Below are positions 17,166-25,075 of a DNA stretch of 35,152 nucleotides, piece after piece. Positions within the stretch are counted from its first letter, which is position 1. Each line of letters starts with the position of its first letter. Source of the DNA: a bacterium (GTDB taxonomy: Bacteria; Patescibacteriota; Minisyncoccia; Phycocordibacterales; SBAW01). The DNA is taken from positions 1-35,152 of the forward strand of contig JAUSIO010000004.1 of the NCBI GenBank assembly GCA_030647845.1, given 5' to 3'. The position numbers and the translations under genes are program-made. The notes under the pieces were generated by a model. It ran no database searches, had not been told where the DNA came from, and saw only the letters and a program-made list of their open reading frames with translations.

Positions 17166-17415
17166 GCTCTTTTCTAAACGGGTTTACACAATAGTTGCGC
17201 GTATACCACGTGGCAAGGTGATGACCTACAAACAGGTTGCCGCGCGCGCTGGAAGCCCGGGCGCCGCACGCGCGGTCGGCAGTTTGATGAAGCGCAACTA
17301 CAGTCCAAAAATTCCATGCCATCGCGTCGTCCGCAGTGATGGAAAAATCGGTCAATATAATAGGGGAGGAAAAGAAAGAAAACTGGAACTCCTCCGCGAG
17401 GAAGGATTTCTCTAA
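17134..17415 (+). CDS. MGMT-family protein (methylated-DNA--protein-cysteine methyltransferase DNA-binding/active-site domain, 93 aa)
   Basis: VYTIVARIPRGKVMTYKQVAARAGSPGAARAVGSLM...IPCHRVV contains the PCHRV active-site motif. Overlaps the upstream nuclease gene by 32 nt. Confidence 0.8.
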   Translation: MKKVKPKLYSRLFSKRVYTIVARIPRGKVMTYKQVAARAGSPGAARAVGSLMKRNYSPKIPCHRVVRSDGKIGQYNRGGKERKLELLREEGFL

Positions 17416-17478
17416 TCGGCTGGACAAGCGGGTTCGGTTGAGCTAGCATCAGCAGTGGAAGCAGAGGAGGAAGCAACG

Positions 17479-17922
17479 ATGTTGCCTTTGTTCGAACAAC
17501 TTCAGAAAGAAATGGATCAGGTTAACCCGAGATTCATGGTTGCCCCCAAAATTCCCGTTCCGGAGGGTGGAAGGATTCTCGGAACGGTAGACGAACCGCT
17601 TCGTCGGGTTTACGCTCTTGCGGCGCAAACGGCACTTGCAAGCGACCAGGCGGCCGTCAACGCCGAACACAGCATCGACAAGGAAGAAGAAGATGCTCTG
17701 CGACGGCAGGCGATAATGCTTAGGATCAAGCATAACATCTTGCGTCGGGTCTTTATGGCTTCGGTGCGCGACCAGTTTAATTACTGGGAGAACGATTTAC
17801 AGATGTGCAAGGACTGGCAGGCCGTTGTTATTGAACGGTCAACCGAGTCTTCAACCGAAGAGGGACCCGAACAGCCGGCTCGGCGTGGTTTTATCTCCAC
17901 CGTTACATCAATATGGTCCTAA
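17479..17922 (+). CDS. Orphan hypothetical protein (147 aa)
   Basis: ATG at 17479 is preceded by GAGGAGGA plus 7 nt, a strong SD. A terminator follows. By eye its arginine codons (AGA/AGG/CGG/CGT) are atypical. No family recognised. Confidence 0.6.
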   Translation: MLPLFEQLQKEMDQVNPRFMVAPKIPVPEGGRILGTVDEPLRRVYALAAQTALASDQAAVNAEHSIDKEEEDALRRQAIMLRIKHNILRRVFMASVRDQFNYWENDLQMCKDWQAVVIERSTESSTEEGPEQPARRGFISTVTSIWS

Positions 17923-17939
17923 GGTCGTCTTTTTATTCT

Positions 17940-17970
17940 CCGTCGAGTATCTACTCGGCGGCTTTTTCTT
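17940..17970 (+). terminator. Rho-independent terminator
   Basis: CCGTCGAGTA / TACTCGGCGG stem (one G:U pair), followed by CTTTTTCTTTT. Confidence 0.65.
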
Positions 17971-17986
17971 TTGTATACTATCCACC

Positions 17987-18661
17987 ATGGAGGTAAAGAT
18001 TGACCAATCGTGGAAAGGGGTGTTGCAAGAGGAGTTTGGGAAGGACTACTTTGCAAAACTTGCCGAGTTTGTAAAAAGCGAGTACACGCACGCGGTTGTC
18101 TACCCGCCACCCAAGGACATTTTCCGTGCGTTTAATTTGTGTCCGTTTGAGAAAGTAAAGGTAGTTATTTTAGGGCAAGACCCCTACCACGGCAGGGGGC
18201 AGGCAAACGGGCTATGCTTTGCGGTTGGCGAGCGTGTGCCCCTGCCGCCCTCTTTGCAGAATATATTCAAGGAGCTTTCGGCAGATTGCGGCTTGCTCAT
18301 AGAAGCGCGGGCGAAGAAGGGTGACCTCGAACACTGGTCGAAACAAGGCGTGCTACTGCTAAACGCAACACTCACCGTGCGGGCCGCTACCCCCGGTTCG
18401 CACCAACGTAAAGGTTGGGAAGAGTTTACCGATGCGGTTGTCCTGGCACTTTCGGACAAGCGCGAGCATTTGGTTTTTATACTATGGGGCAACTATGCCA
18501 AACAAAAAGGGGCGCACATCGACCGCACCAAACATTTGGTGTTGGAGTCGGCGCACCCGTCACCTTTTTCGGCATACCATGGTTTTTTTGGTTCGAAGCC
18601 GTTTAGCAAGACAAATGCATATTTAAAACAGCATAACGAAAAGCAGATAGATTGGTTATAG
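17987..18661 (+). CDS. ung: Uracil-DNA glycosylase, family 1
   Basis: VVILGQDPYHGRGQANGLCF, PPSLQNIF, VLLLNATLTV, ESAHPSPFS. ATG at 17987 with TATACT 7 nt upstream. The track's 17825 start reads through the terminator. Confidence 0.92.
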   Translation: MEVKIDQSWKGVLQEEFGKDYFAKLAEFVKSEYTHAVVYPPPKDIFRAFNLCPFEKVKVVILGQDPYHGRGQANGLCFAVGERVPLPPSLQNIFKELSADCGLLIEARAKKGDLEHWSKQGVLLLNATLTVRAATPGSHQRKGWEEFTDAVVLALSDKREHLVFILWGNYAKQKGAHIDRTKHLVLESAHPSPFSAYHGFFGSKPFSKTNAYLKQHNEKQIDWL

Positions 18662-18693
18662 ACCATTTACGACACGGCGTGTCCTAAATTTGA

Positions 18694-20751
18694 TTACCAA
18701 ATCCTGGCACGGTTTTTTTCTGTTCGAAATAGTTTGTCTCCTTTTTTTACATTGAATGCCTCGTAAAATGCGGGGAGGTTGGATGCTGGGCCGTTGACAC
18801 GCAGGGGTGCCGCGGCATGCGGGTCGGTAAACGCCTGCGTTTTTGTAAACTCCACTCGAGCCAGCTCGCGCTCTCCTTGGGCAAACCCGAGGAAGAAGCG
18901 CTGCTCGGGGGTAAATCCTGCAACTACTTTCCTGCCAGTTTTTACAAGACGCCTTTGTAGCGCGTCGTAGGCAATCGCGGCGCCGCCGAGGTCGGCGCTG
19001 TTTTCTCCCAGCGTTAGTTTGCCGTTGGCGCGCACACCGGGCACAACTTCGTACTGGTTAAACTGTCTGGTGAGTAAGTGCCCTTTTTTGACAAAGTAAG
19101 CACTATCTTTTTTGGTCCACCAACTGTGCATATTGCCGTGCGCATCAAACTTTGACCCTTGATCGTCGAAACCGTGGGTGATTTCGTGTCCGATAACCGC
19201 GCCAATAGCGCCGTAGTTAACCGCATCGTCCGCGCGCGAGTCAAAAAACGGGGGCTGCAAAATTGCGGCAGGGAAGACAATCTCGTTTAAGTTAAAATGG
19301 CAGTATGCGTTAACGGTTTGTGGCGTCATAAACCATTCGTGTCGGTTGACTGATTTTTGGAGGCGGCGCATACCGCGGCAGTGCTCAAACTCGCGGCTCC
19401 GGAGCACATTGCCAAAGTAGTCGTCGGGGCGGATTGTTAGCCCGCGGTACGTTTCCCACTGTGCAGGGTAGCCTATCTTGCGGTTCATCGCGTGCAACTT
19501 GTGTAGTGCTTTTTGTTTGGTCGCGGCGCTCATCCAATCGAGTTTTTTGATGCGCACCTCGTATGCCACAAACAGGTTGCGGACGAGCGCTTCCATTTGT
19601 TTTTTTGCGCCCTTGCTAAAATGTTTTTGGACATACCGCTTGCCGAGTGCGTCGCCAACATTGGTGTTTACCGAGCCAAGCGCGCGCCGCCAGAGCGGAC
19701 GCATTTTTTTGCTTCCCGTTAACACGGTGCCATAAAAATTAAAACTCGCGCGCGCGAACTTTTGCGAAAGGAGCGGTGCAAACGAGTTGATACAGTGCCA
19801 CTCGAGATAGATTTTCCAATCTTGGAGCGGGATGTTGTCGAACAAACGCCCCAGCCCGCGGAAAAATTTTGGCTGTGCAACCACGACCTCGCCTGCCTGC
19901 GCAGGCAGGCGTTCTGCTCCCGCGTCGAGCAGTGCAAAATACTCCCGCCAATCGATTTGAGGCAGCTCGCGCATTAACGTTGTGAGTGACTTTTTGTTGT
20001 ATGTTTTTTCGACATCGCGGGTCTCCTCTTTCGGCATCGAGATTTTTGCGAGGTGTGTTTCGATCTTCATCACTGTGCGCATTGCCTGTTCGGCTGCGGC
20101 TGGTGCAAACCCAAAAAGGCGGAGCAATTTTTTAATATGCGCCTTGTACGCCTCACGCACACGCTTTTGCTCGGTGGCGTGGCTCAAGTAATACTCGCGG
20201 TCGGGCATGCCTAAACCATCTTGCACCAAGTGGAGCAGGTAGCGGTTGCTGTTTTTTGCATCTTGGTCGAGCTCCAACTCCCAAAAAGCCAAACCGCCGA
20301 GGCGGTGCATACGCGCAGCATGCCCAACTATTTCTTTTTTTGACGTGATGTTTTGGATGTCTTTGCGCCACGCTAAAAGCGGGTGGTGACCTAGCTTGTC
20401 GCGCCGCGCTGTGTCCATCGCAGAGCGATACATATCTGCAATAAGTTGCTCGGGCGTTCCTTTTTTAAAATGTTTTCCCCGACGCTTCGGTCGGGGTCCC
20501 GACCCCGAGGGGCGTCGGGATTGCAGTAAATCCTCAACAATATTCTTGAGTTGTTGCTCGGTGGTGTAGCGCAACATAGTAAAAGTACCCCAACGCGCTT
20601 CAGCCGGAGGAATTTTGTTTTTGCGAATCCAGCCACCGTTTGCATAGTTATAAAAGTCATCCTGTGGCCGCACCTTCCTATCAAGATTCCCCACGTCAAA
20701 TCCCCAGTATTTCGGGTCTCTTTTGATGGCTTTCCTACGAAAATTTTGCAT
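18694..20751 (-). CDS. M13 family zinc metallopeptidase (PepO/endothelin-converting-enzyme-like)
   Basis: VRPQDDFYNYANGGW at the N-terminus, VIGHEITHGFDDQG (HExxH), GENSADLGG, and the C-terminal ...NRARIW. I chose the start at 20751 (MQNFRRK...); the longer track start at 20826 lies in a TA repeat. Confidence 0.9.
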   Translation of the reverse strand: MQNFRRKAIKRDPKYWGFDVGNLDRKVRPQDDFYNYANGGWIRKNKIPPAEARWGTFTMLRYTTEQQLKNIVEDLLQSRRPSGSGPRPKRRGKHFKKGTPEQLIADMYRSAMDTARRDKLGHHPLLAWRKDIQNITSKKEIVGHAARMHRLGGLAFWELELDQDAKNSNRYLLHLVQDGLGMPDREYYLSHATEQKRVREAYKAHIKKLLRLFGFAPAAAEQAMRTVMKIETHLAKISMPKEETRDVEKTYNKKSLTTLMRELPQIDWREYFALLDAGAERLPAQAGEVVVAQPKFFRGLGRLFDNIPLQDWKIYLEWHCINSFAPLLSQKFARASFNFYGTVLTGSKKMRPLWRRALGSVNTNVGDALGKRYVQKHFSKGAKKQMEALVRNLFVAYEVRIKKLDWMSAATKQKALHKLHAMNRKIGYPAQWETYRGLTIRPDDYFGNVLRSREFEHCRGMRRLQKSVNRHEWFMTPQTVNAYCHFNLNEIVFPAAILQPPFFDSRADDAVNYGAIGAVIGHEITHGFDDQGSKFDAHGNMHSWWTKKDSAYFVKKGHLLTRQFNQYEVVPGVRANGKLTLGENSADLGGAAIAYDALQRRLVKTGRKVVAGFTPEQRFFLGFAQGERELARVEFTKTQAFTDPHAAAPLRVNGPASNLPAFYEAFNVKKGDKLFRTEKNRARIW
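19891..19910. repeat. PAL-B 20-nt perfect palindrome in frame inside the M13 peptidase
   Basis: GCCTGCCTGC/GCAGGCAGGC, translated on the minus strand as RLPAQAG. Confidence 0.8.
20477..20520 (-). repeat. HP-A double-hairpin repeat in frame inside the M13 peptidase
   Basis: The reverse complement TCCCGACGCCCCTCGGGGTCGGGACCCCGACCGAAGCGTCGGGG is nearly identical to the dnaK copy. Translated [16 protein letters not shown]. Confidence 0.85.
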
Positions 20752-20824
20752 ATAAAGCAGATAATACCGCAAACTCTGAAGAAAGCGAAAAACGCAATCT
20801 TCCTCGAGCCCTTGACAAAATTCC

Positions 20825-20837
20825 ATATATATATATA
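20825..20837. repeat. (AT)6A dinucleotide microsatellite in a divergent promoter region
   Basis: ATATATATATATA, read directly from the sequence. Confidence 0.8.
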
Positions 20838-20849
20838 CTTCTCATTGAT

Positions 20850-20865
20850 TTCCGCATGTGCGGAA
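20850..20865. promoter_or_regulatory. 16-nt perfect palindrome, candidate operator
   Basis: TTCCGCA-TG-TGCGGAA, about 80 nt upstream of the DGQHR-like gene. Confidence 0.3.
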
Positions 20866-20943
20866 GTTCTCGGGTCTCGGCGCATCACGTAAGTCGTCAA
20901 AGATTCGGGCAGTTCTTCACAGCAACCCAACCGAGGTGTTGAA

Positions 20944-22035
20944 ATGAACACGAAGACAACAACTCCCGTTGTCATGCTTCACGCTGGTCTCGACGAGGCC
21001 AAAGACAGCACGCAGGACATCATCCTGCGTGGAGTCATCTCACCGCAGTCGCTCCATCACCTGTTGAAGGACGACTATCAGCGCGAAGCGCAACCGCTCA
21101 CGGCGCAATGGAGCATCCTCGAAGCCCTGCAGAAAGGCGAATCGCTTCCCGACATCGAGCTCGGCATGCGCGGCCAGTCGTTCAAGACCGAGAAAGACGG
21201 CTCGATCACGTTGCACGACCCGGTCTACATTGTGGACGGGCTTCAGCGCATATCGACCGCCATTCATTTCATCGCGACGAACCCGACGGCCATGGTGCGC
21301 ATCGGCGCCACGGTACACTTCTCGACAACGAGGGAATGGGAGCGTCGCCGCTTTCACAAACTCAACACACAGCGGCTCAAAGTCTCGCCGAACATCATCC
21401 TGCGCAACATGCGCGAGAACAGCTCGGCGGTCCTAATGCTCTACGGCCTCACGCTCAACGAGAAGGCCTTCCCGCTGTACAACCGCGTGTCCTGGTCGCA
21501 GCGCATGATGAAGGGCGAACTCATCTCCGCGTTGACGTTCGCGAAGGCCGCCGGCCTCTTGCACTCGCACAAGGTCGCAGCGAGACGGGCATCAATCGCC
21601 GAACTTGTCCCGGCACTCGACAAGGCGGTGGAAGTCTTCGGCATCCAGGCGCTACGCGAGAACATGCGCGTTTTCTTCGGGCTCGTCGACGAGTGTTGGG
21701 GCATCAAGCGCGTCCAGTATCGCGAAGGGGCGATCTACATGCGCGGCACGTTTCTCTACGCGTTTGCTCGCCTCATGTCGGATCACACCGACTTCTGGCA
21801 GCAGCCGGACGAGAAGCGTCTCACCATCGAGGCGTCGCTTAAGCGGAAGATCGCGCAGTTCCCGATTCACGACCCGGAGATTATGCGTCTTTCAGGTTCA
21901 TCGGGTCTCGCACGGGAGGCGCTCTACACCTACTTGCAACGGCACATCAACCGCGGCAAGACGACCAAGCGCCTCACGCCTCGCAATCCAGAGACCGTGG
22001 CATTGTTCGAGGAGGACGATGAAGCGGCGGCGTAA
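20944..22035 (+). CDS. ParB/Srx-fold DGQHR (DndB-like / DUF262-like) domain protein (363 aa)
   Basis: The arrangement ...DDYQREAQPLT...LPDIELGMRG...ITLHDPVYIVDGLQRISTAI matches the QR...hydrophobic...(V/I)DGQ(H/Q)R layout of DndB/DGQHR and DUF262 ParB-like domains. GAGGTG lies 5 nt upstream of the ATG. Confidence 0.55.
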   Translation: MNTKTTTPVVMLHAGLDEAKDSTQDIILRGVISPQSLHHLLKDDYQREAQPLTAQWSILEALQKGESLPDIELGMRGQSFKTEKDGSITLHDPVYIVDGLQRISTAIHFIATNPTAMVRIGATVHFSTTREWERRRFHKLNTQRLKVSPNIILRNMRENSSAVLMLYGLTLNEKAFPLYNRVSWSQRMMKGELISALTFAKAAGLLHSHKVAARRASIAELVPALDKAVEVFGIQALRENMRVFFGLVDECWGIKRVQYREGAIYMRGTFLYAFARLMSDHTDFWQQPDEKRLTIEASLKRKIAQFPIHDPEIMRLSGSSGLAREALYTYLQRHINRGKTTKRLTPRNPETVALFEEDDEAAA

Positions 22036-22156
22036 GCGACCGGTCGACTCAACCGAGCAGGCGCAGAGGATTCTGCGTCTCGCTTGGCGGCAAGTCGGCC
22101 AGGCATGGCGATGCATTGAAGAGATACGTCTCCTTCTGAAACGTTCTTCCCATTAA
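22019..22156 (+). CDS. Possible small basic protein (45 aa) overlapping the stop of the DGQHR-like gene
   Basis: The ATG at 22019 lies inside ...GAGGAGGACGATGAAGCGG... and overlaps the upstream stop by 17 nt. Product: MKRRRKRPVDSTEQAQRILRLAWRQVGQAWRCIEEIRLLLKRSSH. It ends just before the terminator. No homology evidence. Confidence 0.3.
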   Translation: MKRRRKRPVDSTEQAQRILRLAWRQVGQAWRCIEEIRLLLKRSSH

Positions 22157-22160
22157 CCTC

Positions 22161-22200
22161 GAGCCCCCACCATATGTTGGTGTGGGGCTCTTTTTCTTTT
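22161..22200 (+). terminator. Rho-independent terminator
   Basis: GAGCCCCCACCA-tatgt-TGGTGTGGGGCTC (12 bp with one bulge), followed by TTTTTCTTTT. Confidence 0.75.
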
Positions 22201-22252
22201 TTAGCGTATACTCCCTTTTCTTTTTGTCGAAAAAACGATACGCTCATAGGTA

Positions 22253-24106
22253 ATGACGCTTGATGAGGTGCGGTCAAAGTATTTAGCATTTTTTGCCGAG
22301 AGGGGACACATCGTGATTCCTTCGGCATCTTTAGTGCCGCAGAATGACCCTACCACTTTGTTTACCGGCTCGGGGATGCAACCGCTCCTGCCGTATTTGT
22401 TGGGGCGTGACCACCCCGGGGGCAAGCGCTTGGTTGACTCGCAAAAATGCTTCCGCTCGATGGACATCGAGGAGGTGGGCGACAACCGCCACACCACGTT
22501 TTTCGAGATGCTCGGCAACTGGTCCTTGGGTGATTATTTTAAACAAGAGCAACTGACTTATTTTTTTACGTTTCTTACAGAAGAGATACAGATTCCGAAA
22601 GAGCGCCTGTGGGTAACGTGTTTTGAGGGCGACGAAACTTTGCACTTGCCAAAAGATACCGAGTCGGCAGAGATTTGGAAAAAGCTCGGCATACCCGAGC
22701 ATCATATTCGTTTTTACGGCTCGAAAAAGAATTGGTGGTCACGCTCGGGCATACCGGAGGCGATGCCTGTAGGCGAGCCGGGCGGCCCAGACTCGGAAGT
22801 GTTTTACGATTTTGGTCAAGAGCTGAAGTTACACGAAAGTTCTGAATTTAAGAATGAAGTGTGCAACCCCAACTGCGACTGCGGCCGGTTCCTCGAAATC
22901 GGCAACTCGGTGTTTATGCAGTATGTCAAGAACCCTTCGACAGGCTCAGGGCGGGATAGTTTTAGCAAACTACCCCGACAAAACGTCGACTTCGGCGGTG
23001 GGTTGGAGCGCATTGCCGCAGTTTCTGAAAACGAACCAGATATTTTTAAAGTTGCACATACATCAATCATCGAACAGTTAGAAAAAATAACCGGTAAAAC
23101 ATACGCTGAAAATATACGAACCTTTCGAATTATTGCAGACCATGTTAAAGCCGCGGTGTTTCTTGTCGCCGATGGCGTTAAGCCCTCAAACACCGACCAA
23201 GGATATTTTGTACGGCGGCTATTGCGCCGCGCGGTGCGCTACGCTGACAAACTCGGCATTACACAGAGCGGTTTAGCTACTGTGGTTGAGGCGACGGCCC
23301 GGATGTATGTACACTCGTATCCAGAAGTGCTTGCACAAGCGGCGGATATTCAGAAAATAATTCTCACAGAAGAAGCACAGTTTCGCAAAACGCTCGCGCG
23401 CGGCATCAAAGAGTTCGAGAGGTTTGCAGGGCAAGGCATGCTCTCGGCGCACGACGCGTTCCAACTCGTGACGACCTACGGCTTCCCGCTCGAACTAATT
23501 TTGGAAGAAGCGGGGGAAAAAGGGATTAAACAAATCGACATCGAAGGGTTTAAAGAATTGTTAAAGGAGCATCAACAGCTGAGCCGCGCCGGGTCGGAAC
23601 AAAAGTTTAAGGGCGGTTTGGCAGACACAGCAGAGAAGACCGTGCGTTTGCACACAGCGCACCACTTGTTGTTGAAGGCACTACAAATAGTGCTCGGTCC
23701 GGATGTAAAACAACGCGGGAGCAACATCACGCAAGAGCGTTTGCGCATCGACTTTTCCTACGGCGCAAAAATGACCAACGGACAGATTTCCAAAGTCGAA
23801 AAGATTGTAAACGAAAAAATAAAAGAGGATATCCCAGTTGTACGCACCGAGATGTCAAAGGACGAAGCCGAGAAACTCGGAGCCGAACACGAGTTTGGCG
23901 CCAAATATCCCGACCGCGTGTCGGTCTACTCGGTTGGACCCCTGCCTACCGGCAGGCAGGACTCGAGACCTTTTTCCATCGAGTTTTGCGGCGGGCCGCA
24001 CACTGGAAGTACTGGAGAGCTGGCAACTGGAGAATTGAAATTTAAAATCAAAAAAGAAGAAGCGGTCGCCCAAGGTATCCGCCGGATAAAAGCAGTGTTG
24101 GAGTAA
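22253..24106 (+). CDS. alaS: Alanine--tRNA ligase, short form (617 aa, no C-Ala/DHHA1 domain)
   Basis: FTGSGMQPL, FEMLGNWSLGDYFK, editing-domain motifs HTAHHLL and CGGPHTGSTGEL. The ORF stops shortly after the editing domain. Confidence 0.92.
   Translation: MTLDEVRSKYLAFFAERGHIVIPSASLVPQNDPTTLFTGSGMQPLLPYLLGRDHPGGKRLVDSQKCFRSMDIEEVGDNRHTTFFEMLGNWSLGDYFKQEQLTYFFTFLTEEIQIPKERLWVTCFEGDETLHLPKDTESAEIWKKLGIPEHHIRFYGSKKNWWSRSGIPEAMPVGEPGGPDSEVFYDFGQELKLHESSEFKNEVCNPNCDCGRFLEIGNSVFMQYVKNPSTGSGRDSFSKLPRQNVDFGGGLERIAAVSENEPDIFKVAHTSIIEQLEKITGKTYAENIRTFRIIADHVKAAVFLVADGVKPSNTDQGYFVRRLLRRAVRYADKLGITQSGLATVVEATARMYVHSYPEVLAQAADIQKIILTEEAQFRKTLARGIKEFERFAGQGMLSAHDAFQLVTTYGFPLELILEEAGEKGIKQIDIEGFKELLKEHQQLSRAGSEQKFKGGLADTAEKTVRLHTAHHLLLKALQIVLGPDVKQRGSNITQERLRIDFSYGAKMTNGQISKVEKIVNEKIKEDIPVVRTEMSKDEAEKLGAEHEFGAKYPDRVSVYSVGPLPTGRQDSRPFSIEFCGGPHTGSTGELATGELKFKIKKEEAVAQGIRRIKAVLE
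23941..23960. repeat. PAL-B palindromic repeat in frame inside alaS
   Basis: CCTGCCTACCGGCAGGCAGG, one mismatch from a perfect palindrome. Translated LPTGRQ. Confidence 0.8.
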
Positions 24107-24127
24107 AAGCGGTGATATACTTTTGGT

Positions 24128-25069
24128 ATGGAGAAAACCGTGTTGATTGTTGATGTCGAGAGCGGCAGTGTTGGCTGCGCGCTTGCTCGAATAATTCCCG
24201 GTGAAGCGCCAAAATTGTTTGCCGAATCTCGCGTTGCACTGCCGATTTTTAACACCCTTTCGAGCGCCACGTTGGTGGGCGAGATAGAAAAAACAGCGCG
24301 TGAGATGATTACACACGCAAGTTTGGTTGCCGCGCGCCTGCGCGGGCATGAGTCGGTTGCGCAGATGGGCATTGTATCTTCTGCATTGGTGTTCTGCTCG
24401 CCACCGTGGACATCGCTTACGACAAACAATCAAGGTCTTGGGTGGGAGCACGAGCCCGCTGTCGCCTCGGCAATACGCGATGCTATCAAAGATGTATTCG
24501 GGGATGTCCCTGTCTCTTTCCATGCGTTTGGCACTGCGGCAATGCATGCCAGCAATACACTATTCCAAAACCAAAACGAGTTTTTGCTTTGCACCGTGGG
24601 CGGCGAACTAGCAGAGCTTTTATTGGTAGATGGTGGGCACCTTGCCGGGCACGCAACGCTACCGATTGGGCAACACACCGTGTTACGTACCCTGCAACAT
24701 CATGCAGGGATTAGTGCACAAGAAGCGCGCTCAGCACTCCGCCTACGCGGACATAACGCCTTTGCCGAGCCGCTTGAAGCCACTGCGACACATTTAGAAA
24801 AAGAGTTTGGCGGGGCTGTCGACGAGATGCTCGGTGAGCATTTTGTACATGGGATACTGGTTATTGCGCCGGAGCCCCTAGGAGAGTGGTTTGCCCGCGC
24901 CCTGTCGCAGGCACAGTCGTTAGCAGAAATTTTTCCACACGGTACTGCTGTCCAAGCACTCCACACGCGCCACCTGGCGCCGTACCTTGCCGCGCACGCC
25001 GCACTGCCCGACCTCCTGCTTATGCTGGAGGCGTTGTTTGCCAACAAAAAATTTAATACTGTATACTAA
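24128..25069 (+). CDS. Hypothetical protein, possibly an actin-like ATPase fold (FtsA/PilM-like), 313 aa
   Basis: LIVDVESGSVGCAL and LLCTVGGELAELLLVDGG...LPIGQHTV loosely resemble phosphate-1/phosphate-2 motifs of ASKHA ATPases. This is a weak, by-eye call. Confidence 0.6.
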   Translation: MEKTVLIVDVESGSVGCALARIIPGEAPKLFAESRVALPIFNTLSSATLVGEIEKTAREMITHASLVAARLRGHESVAQMGIVSSALVFCSPPWTSLTTNNQGLGWEHEPAVASAIRDAIKDVFGDVPVSFHAFGTAAMHASNTLFQNQNEFLLCTVGGELAELLLVDGGHLAGHATLPIGQHTVLRTLQHHAGISAQEARSALRLRGHNAFAEPLEATATHLEKEFGGAVDEMLGEHFVHGILVIAPEPLGEWFARALSQAQSLAEIFPHGTAVQALHTRHLAPYLAAHAALPDLLLMLEALFANKKFNTVY

Positions 25070-25075
25070 ATATAT

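Noticed and set aside
17825-17986. N-terminal extensions offered by the ORF track: ung from 17825, the membrane protein from 3934, mnmA from 12474, the M13 peptidase to 20826, grpE from 30791, and ychF from 2557.
   Set aside because: These extensions read through terminators, divergent genes or promoter boxes, or they start at TTG/GTG. The conserved protein N-termini begin at the downstream starts I used.
21108-21842. 244-aa and 183-aa (21605..22156) Arg-rich alternative-frame ORFs inside the DGQHR-like gene.
   Set aside because: Long off-frame ORFs are expected in GC3-rich DNA, and these translations are Arg/His/Ala-rich nonsense. I kept only the last 45 codons (22019..22156), which lie beyond the main ORF stop and have an SD-like context, as a low-confidence feature.
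23855-24547. 230-aa and 167-aa minus-strand ORFs spanning the alaS end and the next gene's start.
   Set aside because: They are antisense to well-supported genes and cross an intergenic spacer. No motifs.
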